Assembly: GCA_050084985.1 (NCBI GenBank)
Contig: JBITNC010000001.1
Coordinates: forward strand, 5,270,001 to 5,334,000
Source: Nageia nagi
Taxonomy: Eukaryota > Plantae > Pinophyta
DNA length: 64,000 nt
Direction of reading: 5' to 3'
Both the position numbers and the translations under genes were made by a program. How positions within the stretch are numbered: the stretch's first letter is position 1; each line of letters begins with the position of its first letter. A model generated the notes under the pieces. The model had not been told where the DNA came from, searched no databases, and saw only the letters and a list, made by a program, of their open reading frames with translations. This document shows positions 63,701-64,000 of the stretch, piece after piece.

Positions 63701-64000
63701 TTGTCTAATCCAAGCTATCATTATTTGAAAAATACATATGTACCACCCTAGACACTCCATAGTTTTAACTTAATTAATTTAGAAGCTTTCAATTTCCACT
63801 GTACATAAGTCCCATGTATCAATTGTCCTTGGTAGCTCGATCCATGGAGGTGCTTTAATATTATCCAAGGAAATGAATTCCTACATGTTCACCACCCTAT
63901 TTGGCATGCTTATTTTAATCATCATGTGGATCATTTGATGATCCTCCCTCCCTACCATAAAATTTGTTTAATTGGTTTATTTGTAATTTGTAATTTTAAT

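Overview
Eukaryotic nuclear DNA from a plant, probably a gymnosperm (inferred from the TE lineages, a 9-kb TE-filled intron and heavy C>T/G>A decay). There is one intact host gene: a 4-exon ORRM2-like mitochondrial RRM protein (9439-19298, +, 188 aa). Its first intron holds a TRIM-like LTR element, a probable solo LTR and a SINE-like insert. The rest is degenerate retroelements: (i) a minus-strand Tat-type Ty3/gypsy with an extra RNase H between protease and RT (1-7364); (ii) a nest in which an RTEX-like LINE is split by a gag/protease-only LTR element (C); C carries copia A and gypsy B, B carries a copia solo LTR, and most of C is inverted over about 9.6 kb; (iii) copia E, interrupted by a TSD-bounded L1 LINE and by copia D. 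The best leads are a third ORF inside the L1 downstream of RNase H (with a second diverged copy at the window end), a 3.4-kb GT..AG intron-like segment in the copia D leader that related copia A lacks, and the microhomology-bounded inversion. All alignments and translations were done by eye; no databases were searched.
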